This document shows positions 39,643 to 50,607 of a stretch of 64,000 nucleotides of DNA, in pieces. The notes under the pieces were generated by a model, which saw only the letters and a list, made by a program, of their open reading frames with translations, did not search any database and was not told where the DNA came from. Every line of letters starts with the position of its first letter. Position 1 is the first letter of the stretch. Source of the DNA: Candidatus Latescibacterota bacterium (GTDB lineage: Bacteria > Latescibacterota > UBA2968 > UBA8231); the NCBI GenBank assembly GCA_965206595.1, contig OZ242214.1:2016001-2080000 (forward strand), read 5' to 3'. A program made the translations under genes and the position numbers.

Positions 39643-40668
39643 TCAACCGACGAAGTCAGCGGTGCGGGAAGCGGTGTAGTTCAGCAGGGCTACGAGACGG
39701 TTGTAGGGCATTCGCTTCGGCCCGATTATTCCCAGCACGCCAACGGCGTCTTGCGCGGAGTAGCTGGCCGTTACGACGCTGCACTGGCGCATCTCCATGG
39801 GCTCGTTCTCCTCCCCTATCGTTACCACCACCCCCTCGCGGCCGGCAAGCAGGTCGGCGAGCACTTCCTTGCGCTCCAGCAGGTCCACCAGCCCGGCGAC
39901 TTCGGACGAATCGCTGAACTCTGGCTGTTCGAAAATGTGGCGCGCCCCGGCTACGAACAGGCCATGGCCGCGCGGCGCCAGCAGCGATTCGATTTCGTCC
40001 AGCACGACCCGCAGGAGTTGCGGGTGTGAGATCCTCATGCCGCCCAGCCGCTCTCTGGCAGTCGACCTGATCTCGCTCATCGTGAGACCGGCGAGACGCT
40101 CGTTGAGCAGTTGCCTGACGGCATTCATATCGGACTCCGAGACCTCGGAGTCGACCTCGATAACCAGGCTCTGCACCGGTCCGCGGCCCAGGGCGGCCAC
40201 CAGCAGCAGCTGCTGCGAGGTCAGCCGCACTAGCTCCAGACCCTGGAAAACCGCCTGTTCGAACCGGGGTGCCAGCGCCAGTCCGAGCTGGTTGGAAACG
40301 TCCCCCAGGATGGCGGCGAGCTGTCCGTGGATCTCGTCGGCGCGAACCTGCTGGAACACCTCTTCGAGATTGCTGCGCAGGGACTCGAACTCCTCTGCTG
40401 TCAGATCCAGTGTCTGCGTTTGTCCCTCGTCGACGAAGAAGCGGTAGCCCTCGTCCGTAGGGAGCCTTCCTGCTGAGGTGTGTGGCTGCCGAACGAACCC
40501 CTTGCGCTCCAGGCTCGACATCGTCTTGCGCATGGTCGCCGGACTGAACTCGAAGCCCTCGCGCCGCAGGATGGTTCTCGACCCGACCGGGGTACGCAAA
40601 TCGACATAGGCCCTGACGAGGGCTTCGAGAACGAGGCGCTCCCGTTTGGTCAGAGATTCGGAAAGCAA
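39643..40668 (-). CDS. hrcA: Heat-inducible transcription repressor HrcA
   Basis: PVGSR, SPATMRK, QPHTSAGRLPTDEGYR, IGEEN, GIIGPKRMPY. Confidence 0.95.
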   Translation of the reverse strand: MLSESLTKRERLVLEALVRAYVDLRTPVGSRTILRREGFEFSPATMRKTMSSLERKGFVRQPHTSAGRLPTDEGYRFFVDEGQTQTLDLTAEEFESLRSNLEEVFQQVRADEIHGQLAAILGDVSNQLGLALAPRFEQAVFQGLELVRLTSQQLLLVAALGRGPVQSLVIEVDSEVSESDMNAVRQLLNERLAGLTMSEIRSTARERLGGMRISHPQLLRVVLDEIESLLAPRGHGLFVAGARHIFEQPEFSDSSEVAGLVDLLERKEVLADLLAGREGVVVTIGEENEPMEMRQCSVVTASYSAQDAVGVLGIIGPKRMPYNRLVALLNYTASRTADFVG

Positions 40669-40790
40669 GTCCGGCGACCTCCAAAATTTGTTTGGAAATG
40701 TGTCGAGCGGCGGTATTTCCGGGGCGGCGCCCGATGGGCTGCTTACTACCTAAATGCGAGAATAAACACCCCCTTCCGCGGCGTCGCGAA

Positions 40791-40818
40791 AAGGTACTGT
40801 CGCTGCAGGGCATGTCAA
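40791..40818 (-). promoter_or_regulatory. Putative sigma70 promoter of the hrcA operon
   Basis: TTGACA (40818-40813), 16-bp spacer, TACCTT (40796-40791). Confidence 0.45.
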
Positions 40819-41058
40819 GAGTTCGCCACGACTCGAAACGGAGCGCCGCCCCTAGGCTTCCGAGCCTTTATTCCATCCTCGCAGCCGACCTCGGCATCGC
40901 TGTGACCGCATCCTCGGCTGCCATGCCATCGGAACCGGAATCCCCTGGTTGGAACCGGTCCGCAACTGACATAGTTTCCCATTCATGCAGCCCGTCCTCC
41001 GGTCCGTGGGCGAAACGACAATAGCGCCTCGGGCCGCGGCTGTCCCCTGCAATCGTCC

Positions 41059-41694
41059 ATGAGATACACTGCCATTCAGTTCCCCATCCTGCTTCCCCTC
41101 CTCCTGTGCTCCCTTGTGCGAACCGAAGCGGAAACCGCTACGGCGGGACGGATGGCCGAAACCGACGCAAGCATGATCGAGCTGTCCGGGTTCTCCATCG
41201 ACAAGTTCGAGTTTCCCAATATCGAAGGAGTGCTTCCGACCGTCGGGGTCAGCTGGCACGAGGCCCAGGAACTTTGCAGATCGCGGGGCAAGCGGCTCTG
41301 TTCGGAGCGGGAGTGGGGGATCGCCTGCCGGGGGCCGGAAAACTTCCGGTACGGATACGGCGACGAATACGAACCCCGGCGCTGCAACGTCCCCTTTTTC
41401 CATGACGGGCGCTGGATTCGCAGCGGACCTGCGGCCAGCGGCCTCCACCCCGAATGCATCTCCCCTCACGGCGTACAGGACATGATCGGCAATGTCTGGG
41501 AGTGGACGGACGGCTGGTACGACGAGGGCAGACGGTGGCGGGTGGTGCGCGGAGGTTCCTGGTTCAACAGCGTCAACTTCGCTCGCGTCGATGGCCGTTA
41601 CGGCCTGCGGCTCACCCCGGACTACCGGCTCGACCTGATCGGCTTCCGCTGTTGCCGATCAGCCCCGGAGACACCCCCAGGGAATAATAAGTGA
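41059..41694 (+). CDS. FGE-sulfatase (SUMF1/EgtB/PvdO-like) domain secreted protein
   Basis: Signal peptide; IDKFEFPN, GKRLCSEREW, DMIGNVWEW, RGGSW, GFRCC. Confidence 0.87.
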   Translation: MRYTAIQFPILLPLLLCSLVRTEAETATAGRMAETDASMIELSGFSIDKFEFPNIEGVLPTVGVSWHEAQELCRSRGKRLCSEREWGIACRGPENFRYGYGDEYEPRRCNVPFFHDGRWIRSGPAASGLHPECISPHGVQDMIGNVWEWTDGWYDEGRRWRVVRGGSWFNSVNFARVDGRYGLRLTPDYRLDLIGFRCCRSAPETPPGNNK

Positions 41695-41812
41695 CCCGGA
41701 AAGCCGGCGGGGCCCGGCGCGGGCTCCGGTTTTTCGCCGCATTGTTGCCGGCGCTGATGGCCTCCGGTCCGTGCCTCCGGAGTTCCGGTCCCCCGAGCAT
41801 GACACCCACTGC

Positions 41813-42928
41813 TTACCTAAGAGTATCGTAGATCGACTCCAGCGCCCGCGTCTGGCGGCTGGCGTTGTACTGGTTCTCGACGTGGGCGCGACCGGCTCGC
41901 CCCATCGTCGGCCACCGCGACGGATCCTGGAGCAGGGCTGTCAGCCTTTCCGCAAGGCCCTCGACATCCCCTTCCCCGGCGAGCAGACCGGTTGTTCCAT
42001 CGACGACGTACTCCGGAATATCGGCGTGCCTGGTCGCCACCACCGGCATTCCCGCGGCTTGGGCCTCGAGCAGAATCACCGGGGCCCCTCCCTCCCCGTC
42101 CCCATCCACCGCGGTCCTGCTCGGCTGGAGCAGGATGTGACACCGCCCCAGCTCTTCGAGGAGTCGCGAATAAGGGAGGAACCCCGGGCGCTCGGTGTAC
42201 CGCCCGATTCCCGTTGCCGCCAGCGCTTCCTCGACCGCGGGCAGCTCCGGACCGTCCCCGACCAGCACGAGTCGTACGTCGGCCCCGGTGCGCTGGCGCG
42301 CGCGCGCCAGCGCTCTGATCCCGTCGGGGATCCCCTTCTTTTCCCGAAACGAGGCGCAGATCAGAACGCGGGTCTGCTCCCCCGCAGCCTGGGGATCGAA
42401 CGGTATGCGGGCGAGATCGACTCCGAGATGGTGGACGGCGACCTTTTCTTCCGGGCACCCGATACGGCCCAGCTGCGATGCCATGGAGCTCCCCTCGGCA
42501 AGAAACAGCTCTCCCTCGCCGAACAGGCGCCGATAGCGGGATTGCCATTTCGGATTGCGGGCGGCCTGCGTGGCGTCGGCGCCGTAAAACGACGTCACCA
42601 TCGGCAGGGCGGAGCGGCGTTTTGCGCGCAGGCAGCGAACCCCCTGGAAGCCGTGGTGCGCGTGAATGAGATCGGCCTGTTGCGCCCGCAGCACCCCCTG
42701 GTAGAAGGGGTACTGCCCGGAAAACCGGCGAATCAGGCGGTTGGCCGCGGATTTGAAAACCCCGAACGACTCGGCGGTGAAGACCGCCGCAACAGGGTAC
42801 TGCTCGAGGTTCCGGGCCTCCTGGGTGAGGGCGACTGCCCGGTAAGACTGCAGCGAGGCCAGCTGGCTATAGATCCAGGAGCCGGTCTCGGGAAGAAAGG
42901 GAGTGGCGCAGTGGGCTACGGTCTTCAT
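41813..42928 (-). CDS. Glycosyltransferase family 4 (WcaL-like)
   Basis: HAHHG, TSFYGAD, EKKG, EGGAPVILLEAQAAGMPVVATRHADIPE. Confidence 0.9.
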   Translation of the reverse strand: MKTVAHCATPFLPETGSWIYSQLASLQSYRAVALTQEARNLEQYPVAAVFTAESFGVFKSAANRLIRRFSGQYPFYQGVLRAQQADLIHAHHGFQGVRCLRAKRRSALPMVTSFYGADATQAARNPKWQSRYRRLFGEGELFLAEGSSMASQLGRIGCPEEKVAVHHLGVDLARIPFDPQAAGEQTRVLICASFREKKGIPDGIRALARARQRTGADVRLVLVGDGPELPAVEEALAATGIGRYTERPGFLPYSRLLEELGRCHILLQPSRTAVDGDGEGGAPVILLEAQAAGMPVVATRHADIPEYVVDGTTGLLAGEGDVEGLAERLTALLQDPSRWPTMGRAGRAHVENQYNASRQTRALESIYDTLR

Positions 42929-43099
42929 CGCTGGTTCTTCATCCGTTGAGCTGCCGCTATACTGCCGACTGATTCCCCGCCCGGCAAGGCGCGTGGGCAG
43001 GATGCCCCCCTCCCCAGGGAACCGTTGATCGCCACGGCCGGGCGATCCTACATTCGGGCCTTGCCTTTGCAGTTCCCCCGAAACCCGGTTGCTGCATGC

Positions 43100-43786
43100 A
43101 TGTCTGAGCGGCTCAAGGAACTCGCAGGAAGGAAAGCGGTCGAACAGGTCCGCGCCGGAATGGTCGTTGGCCTCGGCTCCGGATCGACCGCGGAATACGC
43201 CATCCGCGCCCTCGGCGAACGCAGCGCTGCCGAGGGAATCGACGTCCGCTGCGTGCCGACGTCGGAGGCATCCGGGCGCCTCGGCCGGGAGGTAGGTCTG
43301 CAGGTAACGAGCCTCGAGGAAGAGCCGGCTATCGACCTGACGATCGACGGCGCCGACGAGGTCGACCCCGACCTCAACCTCGTCAAGGGCCTCGGCGGCG
43401 CCCTTCTTCGCGAAAAGATCGTCGCCGCGGCGAGCACCAGGGAAATCATCATCGTCGACCCATCGAAACTTGTCGACCGCCTCGGAACCAAAAGCCCGCT
43501 CCCGGTGGAAGTCCTCCCCTTCGCCTGGGCACTCGCCCGCTCCAAGTTGATGGAATTCGCCAGCTCCTCGGTCAGGCGCCGCAACCCGGGCGGAGGCGAG
43601 TACCTCACCGACAACGGCAACTACATACTCGACTGCAGCTTCGAGGAAGGCATTGGGAATGCCGCTGCTGTCGAAGAGGGGATCAACCGGATCCCCGGGG
43701 TTGTGGAGAGCGGCTTGTTCGTCGGACTGACCGACCTGGTCATCGTCGCGCAGGAAGATGGGACCTGTCGCGAATTGAAGTCCTGA
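43100..43786 (+). CDS. rpiA: Ribose-5-phosphate isomerase A
   Basis: GLGSGST, DGADEVD, KGLGGALLREK, TDNGN, PGVVESGLF. Confidence 0.96.
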   Translation: MSERLKELAGRKAVEQVRAGMVVGLGSGSTAEYAIRALGERSAAEGIDVRCVPTSEASGRLGREVGLQVTSLEEEPAIDLTIDGADEVDPDLNLVKGLGGALLREKIVAAASTREIIIVDPSKLVDRLGTKSPLPVEVLPFAWALARSKLMEFASSSVRRRNPGGGEYLTDNGNYILDCSFEEGIGNAAAVEEGINRIPGVVESGLFVGLTDLVIVAQEDGTCRELKS

Positions 43787-43820
43787 GAGCGAAGGCCCAA
43801 GTGTTTCCCGCGCCGACCAG

Positions 43821-43858
43821 GAAGAACCCCTGAGACGCCATCGAACTCAGGGGGCTTC
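43821..43858. terminator. Hairpin after rpiA (convergent with the DUF2231 gene)
   Basis: GAAGAACCCCTGAG...CTCAGGGGGCTTC inverted repeat. Confidence 0.45.
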
Positions 43859-43992
43859 CTGTCATCGAGATCTATTCCAGCAGCCAGGGAAGGATTGTTT
43901 CGGCCCTGCCCTGGGATCGTTCAAATCCACCGCGTCCGCCGCGGGACCCCGTTCCAAATCACCCGGCTTGAAAAGCGGCGATCCCTCCTCCC

Positions 43993-44499
43993 TCACCGAC
44001 TGAATTCGACACCTGCGGGGCCGGTGTCTCTGGTCTCCTCCAGTGGTTGCCTCAGGATGCCTACCCCGGCTCCCTGTCGCTGCACCCCTACCCCGTGGCG
44101 ATAGACGAGCTCGCCTCCGTACAGGCTGGCCGTGTACAGGATACCGCAGCCTGCAAGGGCGGCGATTACCAGGCACCTCAGGGCCCGGCCTTGGGTCCGT
44201 CCCCGCAGCTGCAGCGGCAGGCGCCCGAGGAGAATTGCCAGAAACAGAATGAAAGCGACCGATCCCCAGTCGTCGTGGCGCTGCACCAGCTCGCTTACCA
44301 CCTCGTCGTCACGATAGGGCAGGGCCGCCTGGTTCCCGGTTATCACCGCCGCTGCCGCGGCAGCGGTTCCAAGCAGAAGCAGTGCGTATCCCGTAGTGTG
44401 CCAGGCCGGCCGCCGCCAGAAAACTGCGGCCAGGTCGATAAGGACGCCGACCGGAAGCAGGGCGATCGCATAGTGGACGATCCAGGGGTGCCAGCTCAT
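43993..44499 (-). CDS. DUF2231-like membrane protein
   Basis: HPWIVHYAIALL, four TM segments, H..WG, GGELVYRHGVGV. Confidence 0.82.
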   Translation of the reverse strand: MSWHPWIVHYAIALLPVGVLIDLAAVFWRRPAWHTTGYALLLLGTAAAAAAVITGNQAALPYRDDEVVSELVQRHDDWGSVAFILFLAILLGRLPLQLRGRTQGRALRCLVIAALAGCGILYTASLYGGELVYRHGVGVQRQGAGVGILRQPLEETRDTGPAGVEFSR

Positions 44500-44618
44500 G
44501 GCCTGGTACGATATCCGGCGCCCGCTGGAGAGGCAAGCAGGGCAGGTCGGTTGACACTCGCGCGGGCAGGTCAGTATGCTCCGGGATTATGCCATCTCGC
44601 AACCTGGTGGAGCCTACC

Positions 44619-45926
44619 ATGGCTACTGACCTGCAGCAGCACATCGATCAGACCGCTATCTGCGATACCCACGAACACCTGAAAAAGGAGGCGGACTGGG
44701 TCGACCAGGGTCCTGCGGATGTTCTCGTCGACCTCTTCACCAACTACGTTCCCGCGGACCTGCACACTGCCGGAGCCTCGCGCGAGGCACTGCAGCGGCT
44801 GACCGATGCGGGGGACCCGGACCTCGGGGCGCGCTTCGACGGCATCCGCGACGCCTGGGAGGCGATTCGGTTCACCGGGTACGGGGAGGCGGTGCGGATC
44901 CTGGGGGAGGAGCTCTACGGTCTCAGGGACTGGACCGCGGCGGAATTCGAACAGGCGCAGGCGCAATTGATGGAGTGGCGCCGGCCGGGAGGGCGCCACC
45001 GCCTATTGAGCGAGGTCGCCAACCTCGACCACGCCCAGACCGACGACGGCTGCTGGCCCTGCCTCGCGGACGCGTCCGGGCCGGAGTTCTTCTTCTACGA
45101 TATCAGCTGGGCGGCCTTCTGCCGCGGCGACGTCGACCCCGAGGCGATCGAACGGGAAACGGGCATCGCCGTTACCGATACCGCCACCCTGGGCAGGGCC
45201 ATGGAGGGAATCTTCGACAAGTACGCCCCCTGCGCCATCGCGGTGAAGGCACAGCACGCGTACAGCCGCACCCTCGCTTGGCGGGAACGAAGCGAGGCCG
45301 AAGCGGCCCCGGTTCTCAAACGCGCCCTGCGCGGCGAGTCGCTGGCACCGGAAACGCGGAACGTCCTCGGCGACTGGTGCTGGGCGCGGGGTTGCGAGCT
45401 CGCCGCGGAGTACAACCTTCCCTTCAAGCTCCACACCGGGTATTACGCCGGCAACGACCGCATGCCGGTCGATTTCATCAAGGGGGGCAACCTCTGCGCC
45501 CTGCTGGCGAAGTACCCGAAATGCCGCTTCGTCCTGATGCACATCGCCTACCCGTATTGCGACGAACTCGTCGCCCTGACCAAGCATTACCGCAACGTGT
45601 ATGCCGATCTCTGCTGGGCCTGGTCGATCGACCCGTACAGCTCTGGCGATTTCGTGCGCCGCTTCCTTCACGCGGCCCCTGCCAACAAGCTGTTCGCTTT
45701 CGGCGGCGATACCCGCAATCCCACCAGCGCCACCGCCTACGCCATCCAGACGCGCCGCTGGCTGACGCGCACCCTGGAGGCCGAGGTCGCCGAGGGGCTG
45801 ATGGCGGAGACCGAGGCGATGGAGGTCGCCACCCGCCTGCTGCGCCGCAACCAGCTGGATTGCTTCGATCTGGAAGGGACCAGGGCTGCTTGCCGGGGAG
45901 CAGTCGAAGCCGCGGCCGCGGGGTGA
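44619..45926 (+). CDS. Amidohydrolase-family protein (uronate-isomerase-like)
   Basis: DTHEH, KLHTG, LMHIAYP and FGGD metal-binding motifs. Confidence 0.85.
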   Translation: MATDLQQHIDQTAICDTHEHLKKEADWVDQGPADVLVDLFTNYVPADLHTAGASREALQRLTDAGDPDLGARFDGIRDAWEAIRFTGYGEAVRILGEELYGLRDWTAAEFEQAQAQLMEWRRPGGRHRLLSEVANLDHAQTDDGCWPCLADASGPEFFFYDISWAAFCRGDVDPEAIERETGIAVTDTATLGRAMEGIFDKYAPCAIAVKAQHAYSRTLAWRERSEAEAAPVLKRALRGESLAPETRNVLGDWCWARGCELAAEYNLPFKLHTGYYAGNDRMPVDFIKGGNLCALLAKYPKCRFVLMHIAYPYCDELVALTKHYRNVYADLCWAWSIDPYSSGDFVRRFLHAAPANKLFAFGGDTRNPTSATAYAIQTRRWLTRTLEAEVAEGLMAETEAMEVATRLLRRNQLDCFDLEGTRAACRGAVEAAAAG

Positions 45927-46163
45927 GACGAGCCGGGACGCCTGCCGCAGGAGGCAGACCCTTCCGCATCTGCACCCCGCCGGGAGCGCACCCCGGCTTT
46001 CGCTGAACTGTCCTCCAGGACCCTATCTTCTCCTTGAAATTCCCGCATTCGGGTCGTGCAGGTGTGGGCACTTCTCCCATCAATCGGCTAGCCCCGAGCT
46101 AGTGCCTGCCCGATCCCGCAGAAAACTGCCCGATTCACCTGAGAAAGGCATGGCAGAAGCGAC

Positions 46164-47834
46164 ATGACCGACATGAGACAGCACAGCAGAACCATCGTCG
46201 AGGGCCCCCACCGGGCCGGGGCGCGGGCGATGTACAAAGCCGTGGGGTATGGCGACGAGGCATTGTCGAAGCCGCTGATCGGAATCGCCAATACCTGGAC
46301 GGAGATCGGCCCCTGCAACTACCATCTGCGACGCCTGGCGGAATTCGTCAAAAAGGGGGTGCGCGAGGCGGGGGGCACGCCGCTGGAGTTCAACACCGTG
46401 ACCGTCTCCGACGGCATCACCATGGGTACGGAGGGAATGAAGACCTCTCTCGTCAGCCGCGAGGTGATCGCCGACTCCATTGAGCTCGTCGCCCGCGGCC
46501 ACATGCTCGACGGGCTCGTCGCCATGACCGGGTGCGACAAGACGACCCCCGGGGCGGCGATGGCCCTGGGGCGCCTACAGATACCGTCGCTCGTTTTCTA
46601 CGGCGGCAGCATCATGCCGGGGAAATTCGAGGGCCGCGACATCACCATCCAGGACGTGTTCGAAGCGATGGGAGCGCACGCCAAGGGGCGCCTCGACGCG
46701 GCCGGCCTCAAGGGAATCGAGGACGCCGCCTGCCCAGGTGCGGGCGCCTGCGGGGGCCAATTCACCGCCAACACCATGGCCACCGCGGTCGAGATGCTCG
46801 GCATCGCCGCCATGGGCAGCGGCTCCGTGCCGGCCACCGACCCGAAGAAGCAGGAGGTCGCCGTGGAAATCGGGCGCCTCGCCGTCGACCTCGTGCGTCG
46901 TGGGGTCCGCCCCGGAGATATCGTCACCCGGGCGGCGGTCGAAAACGCCATCGCCGCCATCGCCACCACGGGGGGCTCGACCAACGGGGTGCTCCACATG
47001 CTGGCGATCGCGCGCGAATTCGGCATCGACCTCGAGCTCGACGATTTCCAGGAAATCAGCAGCGCCACCCCGCTCATGGTCAGCCTGAAACCGGGGGGTC
47101 TGTTCGTCGCCCCGGATCTCCACCGGGCAGGGGGCATCCCCCTCGTCGCCAGGCGGCTGCAGCAGGCCGGGGTGCTGCGCGAGCAGTGCCGGACGGTCAC
47201 CGGGCGCACCATCGGCGAGGAGGCCGAAGCCGCCCGCGAAACCCCGGGGCAGGAGGTGGTCCGGCCGGTCGACAAGCCGATCAAGGCGAGCGGCGGCCTG
47301 GTGATCCTGCGCGGCAACCTCGCTCCCGAAGGCTGCGTCGTAAAACTCGCCGGGTACGAGCGCACCCGGCACGTGGGGCCGGCCCGGGTATTCGAGCGCG
47401 AGGAAGAGGTCCTGCCGGCGATCGAGAACGGCACCGTCTCCCAGGGGGACGTGGTCGTCATCCGCTACGAAGGGCCGGTGGGAGGGCCCGGCATGCGCGA
47501 AATGCTGCACGTGACCGGCGCCATTATGGGAGCCGGCCTCGGAGACTCGGTAGCGCTGATTACGGACGGCCGCTTCTCCGGTGCGACCCGCGGCCTGATG
47601 CTCGGACACGTCTCCCCGGAAGCGGCTCGCGGGGGTCCGCTTGCCGCGGTTCGGGACGGGGACGAGATCACCATCGACACCGAGGCCCAGCGTCTCGACG
47701 CCGCCCTCGACAACGTCGAGATCGCCGCGAGGCTGCGGGACTGGAAAGCGCCGGAGCCGCGCTACCGGACCGGCGTCATGGCCAAGTACGCAAAGCTGGT
47801 ATCGTCCGCTTCCGAGGGGGCGGTCACAGGCTAG
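46164..47834 (+). CDS. ilvD: Dihydroxy-acid dehydratase
   Basis: [45 protein letters not shown]. Confidence 0.96.
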   Translation: MTDMRQHSRTIVEGPHRAGARAMYKAVGYGDEALSKPLIGIANTWTEIGPCNYHLRRLAEFVKKGVREAGGTPLEFNTVTVSDGITMGTEGMKTSLVSREVIADSIELVARGHMLDGLVAMTGCDKTTPGAAMALGRLQIPSLVFYGGSIMPGKFEGRDITIQDVFEAMGAHAKGRLDAAGLKGIEDAACPGAGACGGQFTANTMATAVEMLGIAAMGSGSVPATDPKKQEVAVEIGRLAVDLVRRGVRPGDIVTRAAVENAIAAIATTGGSTNGVLHMLAIAREFGIDLELDDFQEISSATPLMVSLKPGGLFVAPDLHRAGGIPLVARRLQQAGVLREQCRTVTGRTIGEEAEAARETPGQEVVRPVDKPIKASGGLVILRGNLAPEGCVVKLAGYERTRHVGPARVFEREEEVLPAIENGTVSQGDVVVIRYEGPVGGPGMREMLHVTGAIMGAGLGDSVALITDGRFSGATRGLMLGHVSPEAARGGPLAAVRDGDEITIDTEAQRLDAALDNVEIAARLRDWKAPEPRYRTGVMAKYAKLVSSASEGAVTG

Positions 47835-47874
47835 CTGCCGGGCTGACGCCCGCACGCCAGTAGGTGCGTCTGCG

Positions 47875-49023
47875 ATGAGGGGGGAGAGCATTCTGTGCAG
47901 GGGCTGCGAAACGGATTTCGGCTTCGCCGTCCCTTTCCACCGCTGCCCCGATTGCGAGGGACCCCTTTCCTTCTCCCTGGACCGCTCCTTCCCACCCGCG
48001 GAGATCGCCGCGCGGCCTCCCGGCATGTGGCGCTACCGCGAGGCCCTTCCGGCTTTCCAAGAGGCGATCTCCCTGGGCGAACAGGCGACTCCCCTGGTCC
48101 CGGTGGCGCCTCGGGAGTTCGGACGGGAGGGGGTGTTGTTCAAGTGCGAGTACACCCTTCCGACCGGGTCCTACAAGGACCGCGGCGCCGCCACCCTGGT
48201 CAGCTATCTGAAATCGGTCGGTGTCAAGGAGGCGGTCGAGGACTCGTCCGGGAATGCCGGGGCCTCGATGGCGGCCTACTGCGCCCGGGCAGGTATCGGC
48301 CTGAAGGTATTCTGCCCGCAATCCGCCTCCGAGGGCAAGCTGACGCAGATCCGGCTCTACGGCGCCGAGCTGGTGCGCGTTCCGGGGCCGCGCCCGCGGG
48401 CGACTGAGGCGCTGGTCGAGCACGTCGAGGCCACCGGCAGCGCCTACGCCTCCCACCTCTGGCACCCGCTCTTCCTCGAAGGGATTCGCACCATGGCGTA
48501 CGAGATCGCCGAACAGCTCGGCTGGGCTGCCCCCGACTACGTCCTCTGCCCCGTCGGAGCCGGGAGCATCCTGCTGGGGCTGTTCGGTGGGTTCTCCGAC
48601 CTGCTCGCCGCCGGCGCCATAGCGCGGCTGCCGCGGCTGGTTGCGGTGCAGGCCGCCAACGTCGCCGCCGTCTGCGACGCCGTGCGCACCGGCGCCGGGC
48701 GAGTCGAACCTGCCCGCGACCCGCAGCCGACCCTGGCGGAAGGAATCGCCCTGCCGGCCCCGGTCCGGGACCGCGAGGTGCTGCACGCGATCCGTGCCTC
48801 CGGGGGAACGGCCGTCTCTGTTGTCGAAGAGGAGATCGCTGCGGGAGCGGTATCGCTCGGCAAGGCCGGCTTCTGCGTCGAACCGACCTCCGCGGTCGTT
48901 TGGAATGGGCTGCGGAAGCTGACCGAAAGCCATTCCCCCCCTCCCCCCGGCGCCACCATCGTCGCGGTGCTGTCCGGGCACGGCCTCAAGGCCTCCCCGG
49001 CTCTGGCGGAAATCCTCGCCTGA
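47875..49023 (+). CDS. Threonine synthase-like PLP enzyme with N-terminal zinc ribbon
   Basis: CRGC..CPDC, PTGSYKDRG, DSSGNAG, PVGAG, EPTSA, SGHGLK. Confidence 0.85.
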   Translation: MRGESILCRGCETDFGFAVPFHRCPDCEGPLSFSLDRSFPPAEIAARPPGMWRYREALPAFQEAISLGEQATPLVPVAPREFGREGVLFKCEYTLPTGSYKDRGAATLVSYLKSVGVKEAVEDSSGNAGASMAAYCARAGIGLKVFCPQSASEGKLTQIRLYGAELVRVPGPRPRATEALVEHVEATGSAYASHLWHPLFLEGIRTMAYEIAEQLGWAAPDYVLCPVGAGSILLGLFGGFSDLLAAGAIARLPRLVAVQAANVAAVCDAVRTGAGRVEPARDPQPTLAEGIALPAPVRDREVLHAIRASGGTAVSVVEEEIAAGAVSLGKAGFCVEPTSAVVWNGLRKLTESHSPPPPGATIVAVLSGHGLKASPALAEILA

Positions 49024-49098
49024 GCCAGCTGACGGCTCCTCCGTTCCGGCTACAAGCCCTGCCCTCACCCCATTCCGCGTGAATCCGGACGCCGTTTC

Positions 49099-50607
49099 TT
49101 ACTCGGACTTGCGCGCGTTGGCTTTCAGCTCCTTGAGCCGCTGCGCGGCTTCCGAGCTCCTGTAGAAATCGTCAAGAGGGAAACAGCCGCTGACCATGCC
49201 GTTGCGCGGGGCCGTGGTGCAGTCGCTGAAGGTGCGGCAGATCAGCTTGCGGGCCAGCCGCCCCCCGCCGTGGAGCAGATCGTGCGGCAGGTCGGGGTAC
49301 GACAGCACCATGCGGCCCAGGCCGACGAAATCGATCGCCCCCGAGCGCACCGCGGCCTGGGCGACGTGGGGCAGAAACTCCTGCAGGTAGCTGTACCCCG
49401 ACCCCACGAACACACGGTCCGGGAACCACCTCTTCAAGCGAGCGGCGGCGGCGATCTGCCTGGCCACTCCGGCGAGCGGGTCCTCGGGCGGCTGGTACCC
49501 GTCTGAGGGAGGAAACAGCGCCGGACGCTGAATGTGGGGGTTGTAGTACGGGCTGCCGCAGGTGAGGTTGACGAGGTTCACCCCCCACTCGCCGAGGGCG
49601 GCAATGAAACGGCGGGGCTCGTCGAGATTGATTTCCAGCGGATCCCGGGGGTCGAGGCCGAACCCGTACTGGTAGGGCAGAAGGGTATCGAAAGGCTCGG
49701 GGATCCCCGTGCCGGGCTTGCCTCCGCCTTCGCCGGGACCGGAACGAAACGGCACTAAGTCATAGACACTAAGGCGCACTCCCACTTGCATTTGTGGCGC
49801 TTCGTTTCGAATTCCCTCCACGATCTCTCGACAGAAACGGGTGCGGTTCTCGAAGGAGCCGCCGAACCTTCCTGGACGGGTGCGCGCGCTCAGCAGCTCG
49901 TGGCCTAGATAGCCATGGCAGTGCTTGACGTCGACGAAGTGGAACCCAGCGTCGCGGGCGATGCAGGCCGCTTCGACGTAGAGCTCGATCAGCCGTTGCA
50001 GATAGTCGTCGGAGACGGGCGCATGGCCGGGGTCGAGTCCGAACCTGCGGTCGAGGATCGGGTGCCGATATGCGATGCAGGGCTCCATCCGGTCCTTGCG
50101 GAAGGGCCGGCAGAAGCGGCCGGAATGGGTCAGCTGCAGGCCGACAACGAGGTCGTCGACCGAGCCGAAACGCTCCCGGTGCGCCGCGGTGAGGATCTCC
50201 CACAGCTCCCGAACTCCGTCGCGAGTCGTGGCGCAAGCCATCAGCTGGTTGGGATTCGCCCTCCCCTCGGGGCACACGGCAAACGCCTCGCCCCCCCAGA
50301 TCAGCTTGGCGCCGCTGCGCCCGAAGTTGCGCCAGCGCCGGCGCACGTACTCGGTGGGCATGCCCTCCCCGGTGCCGTCCCAGCCCTCCATCGGCTGGAT
50401 GGCGAAGCGGTTTCCCGCACGCCTTTCGCCAATGGCGCACGGCTGTGCCAGCGGCGATTCGGGCGCCGACAGCGGCGCTTCGTCACAGGGAAGCGAGGCC
50501 CCGATGGCCTCGAGGTGGGCGCGGAAATCGGCGACCTGCCGGAAGGCGGACACCCGCGGATGCCGGTCCCGGCGCCGCGGGGCCTCTCCCGAATCCGTCT
50601 CAGCCAT
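49099..50607 (-). CDS. NADH:flavin oxidoreductase (Old Yellow Enzyme family)
   Basis: [39 protein letters not shown]; ATG 50607 overlaps the lgt stop. Confidence 0.88.
   Translation of the reverse strand: MAETDSGEAPRRRDRHPRVSAFRQVADFRAHLEAIGASLPCDEAPLSAPESPLAQPCAIGERRAGNRFAIQPMEGWDGTGEGMPTEYVRRRWRNFGRSGAKLIWGGEAFAVCPEGRANPNQLMACATTRDGVRELWEILTAAHRERFGSVDDLVVGLQLTHSGRFCRPFRKDRMEPCIAYRHPILDRRFGLDPGHAPVSDDYLQRLIELYVEAACIARDAGFHFVDVKHCHGYLGHELLSARTRPGRFGGSFENRTRFCREIVEGIRNEAPQMQVGVRLSVYDLVPFRSGPGEGGGKPGTGIPEPFDTLLPYQYGFGLDPRDPLEINLDEPRRFIAALGEWGVNLVNLTCGSPYYNPHIQRPALFPPSDGYQPPEDPLAGVARQIAAAARLKRWFPDRVFVGSGYSYLQEFLPHVAQAAVRSGAIDFVGLGRMVLSYPDLPHDLLHGGGRLARKLICRTFSDCTTAPRNGMVSGCFPLDDFYRSSEAAQRLKELKANARKSE

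Noticed and set aside
40735-40770. Possible CIRCE upstream of hrcA
   Set aside because: No adequate match to TTAGCACTC-N9-GAGTGCTAA.
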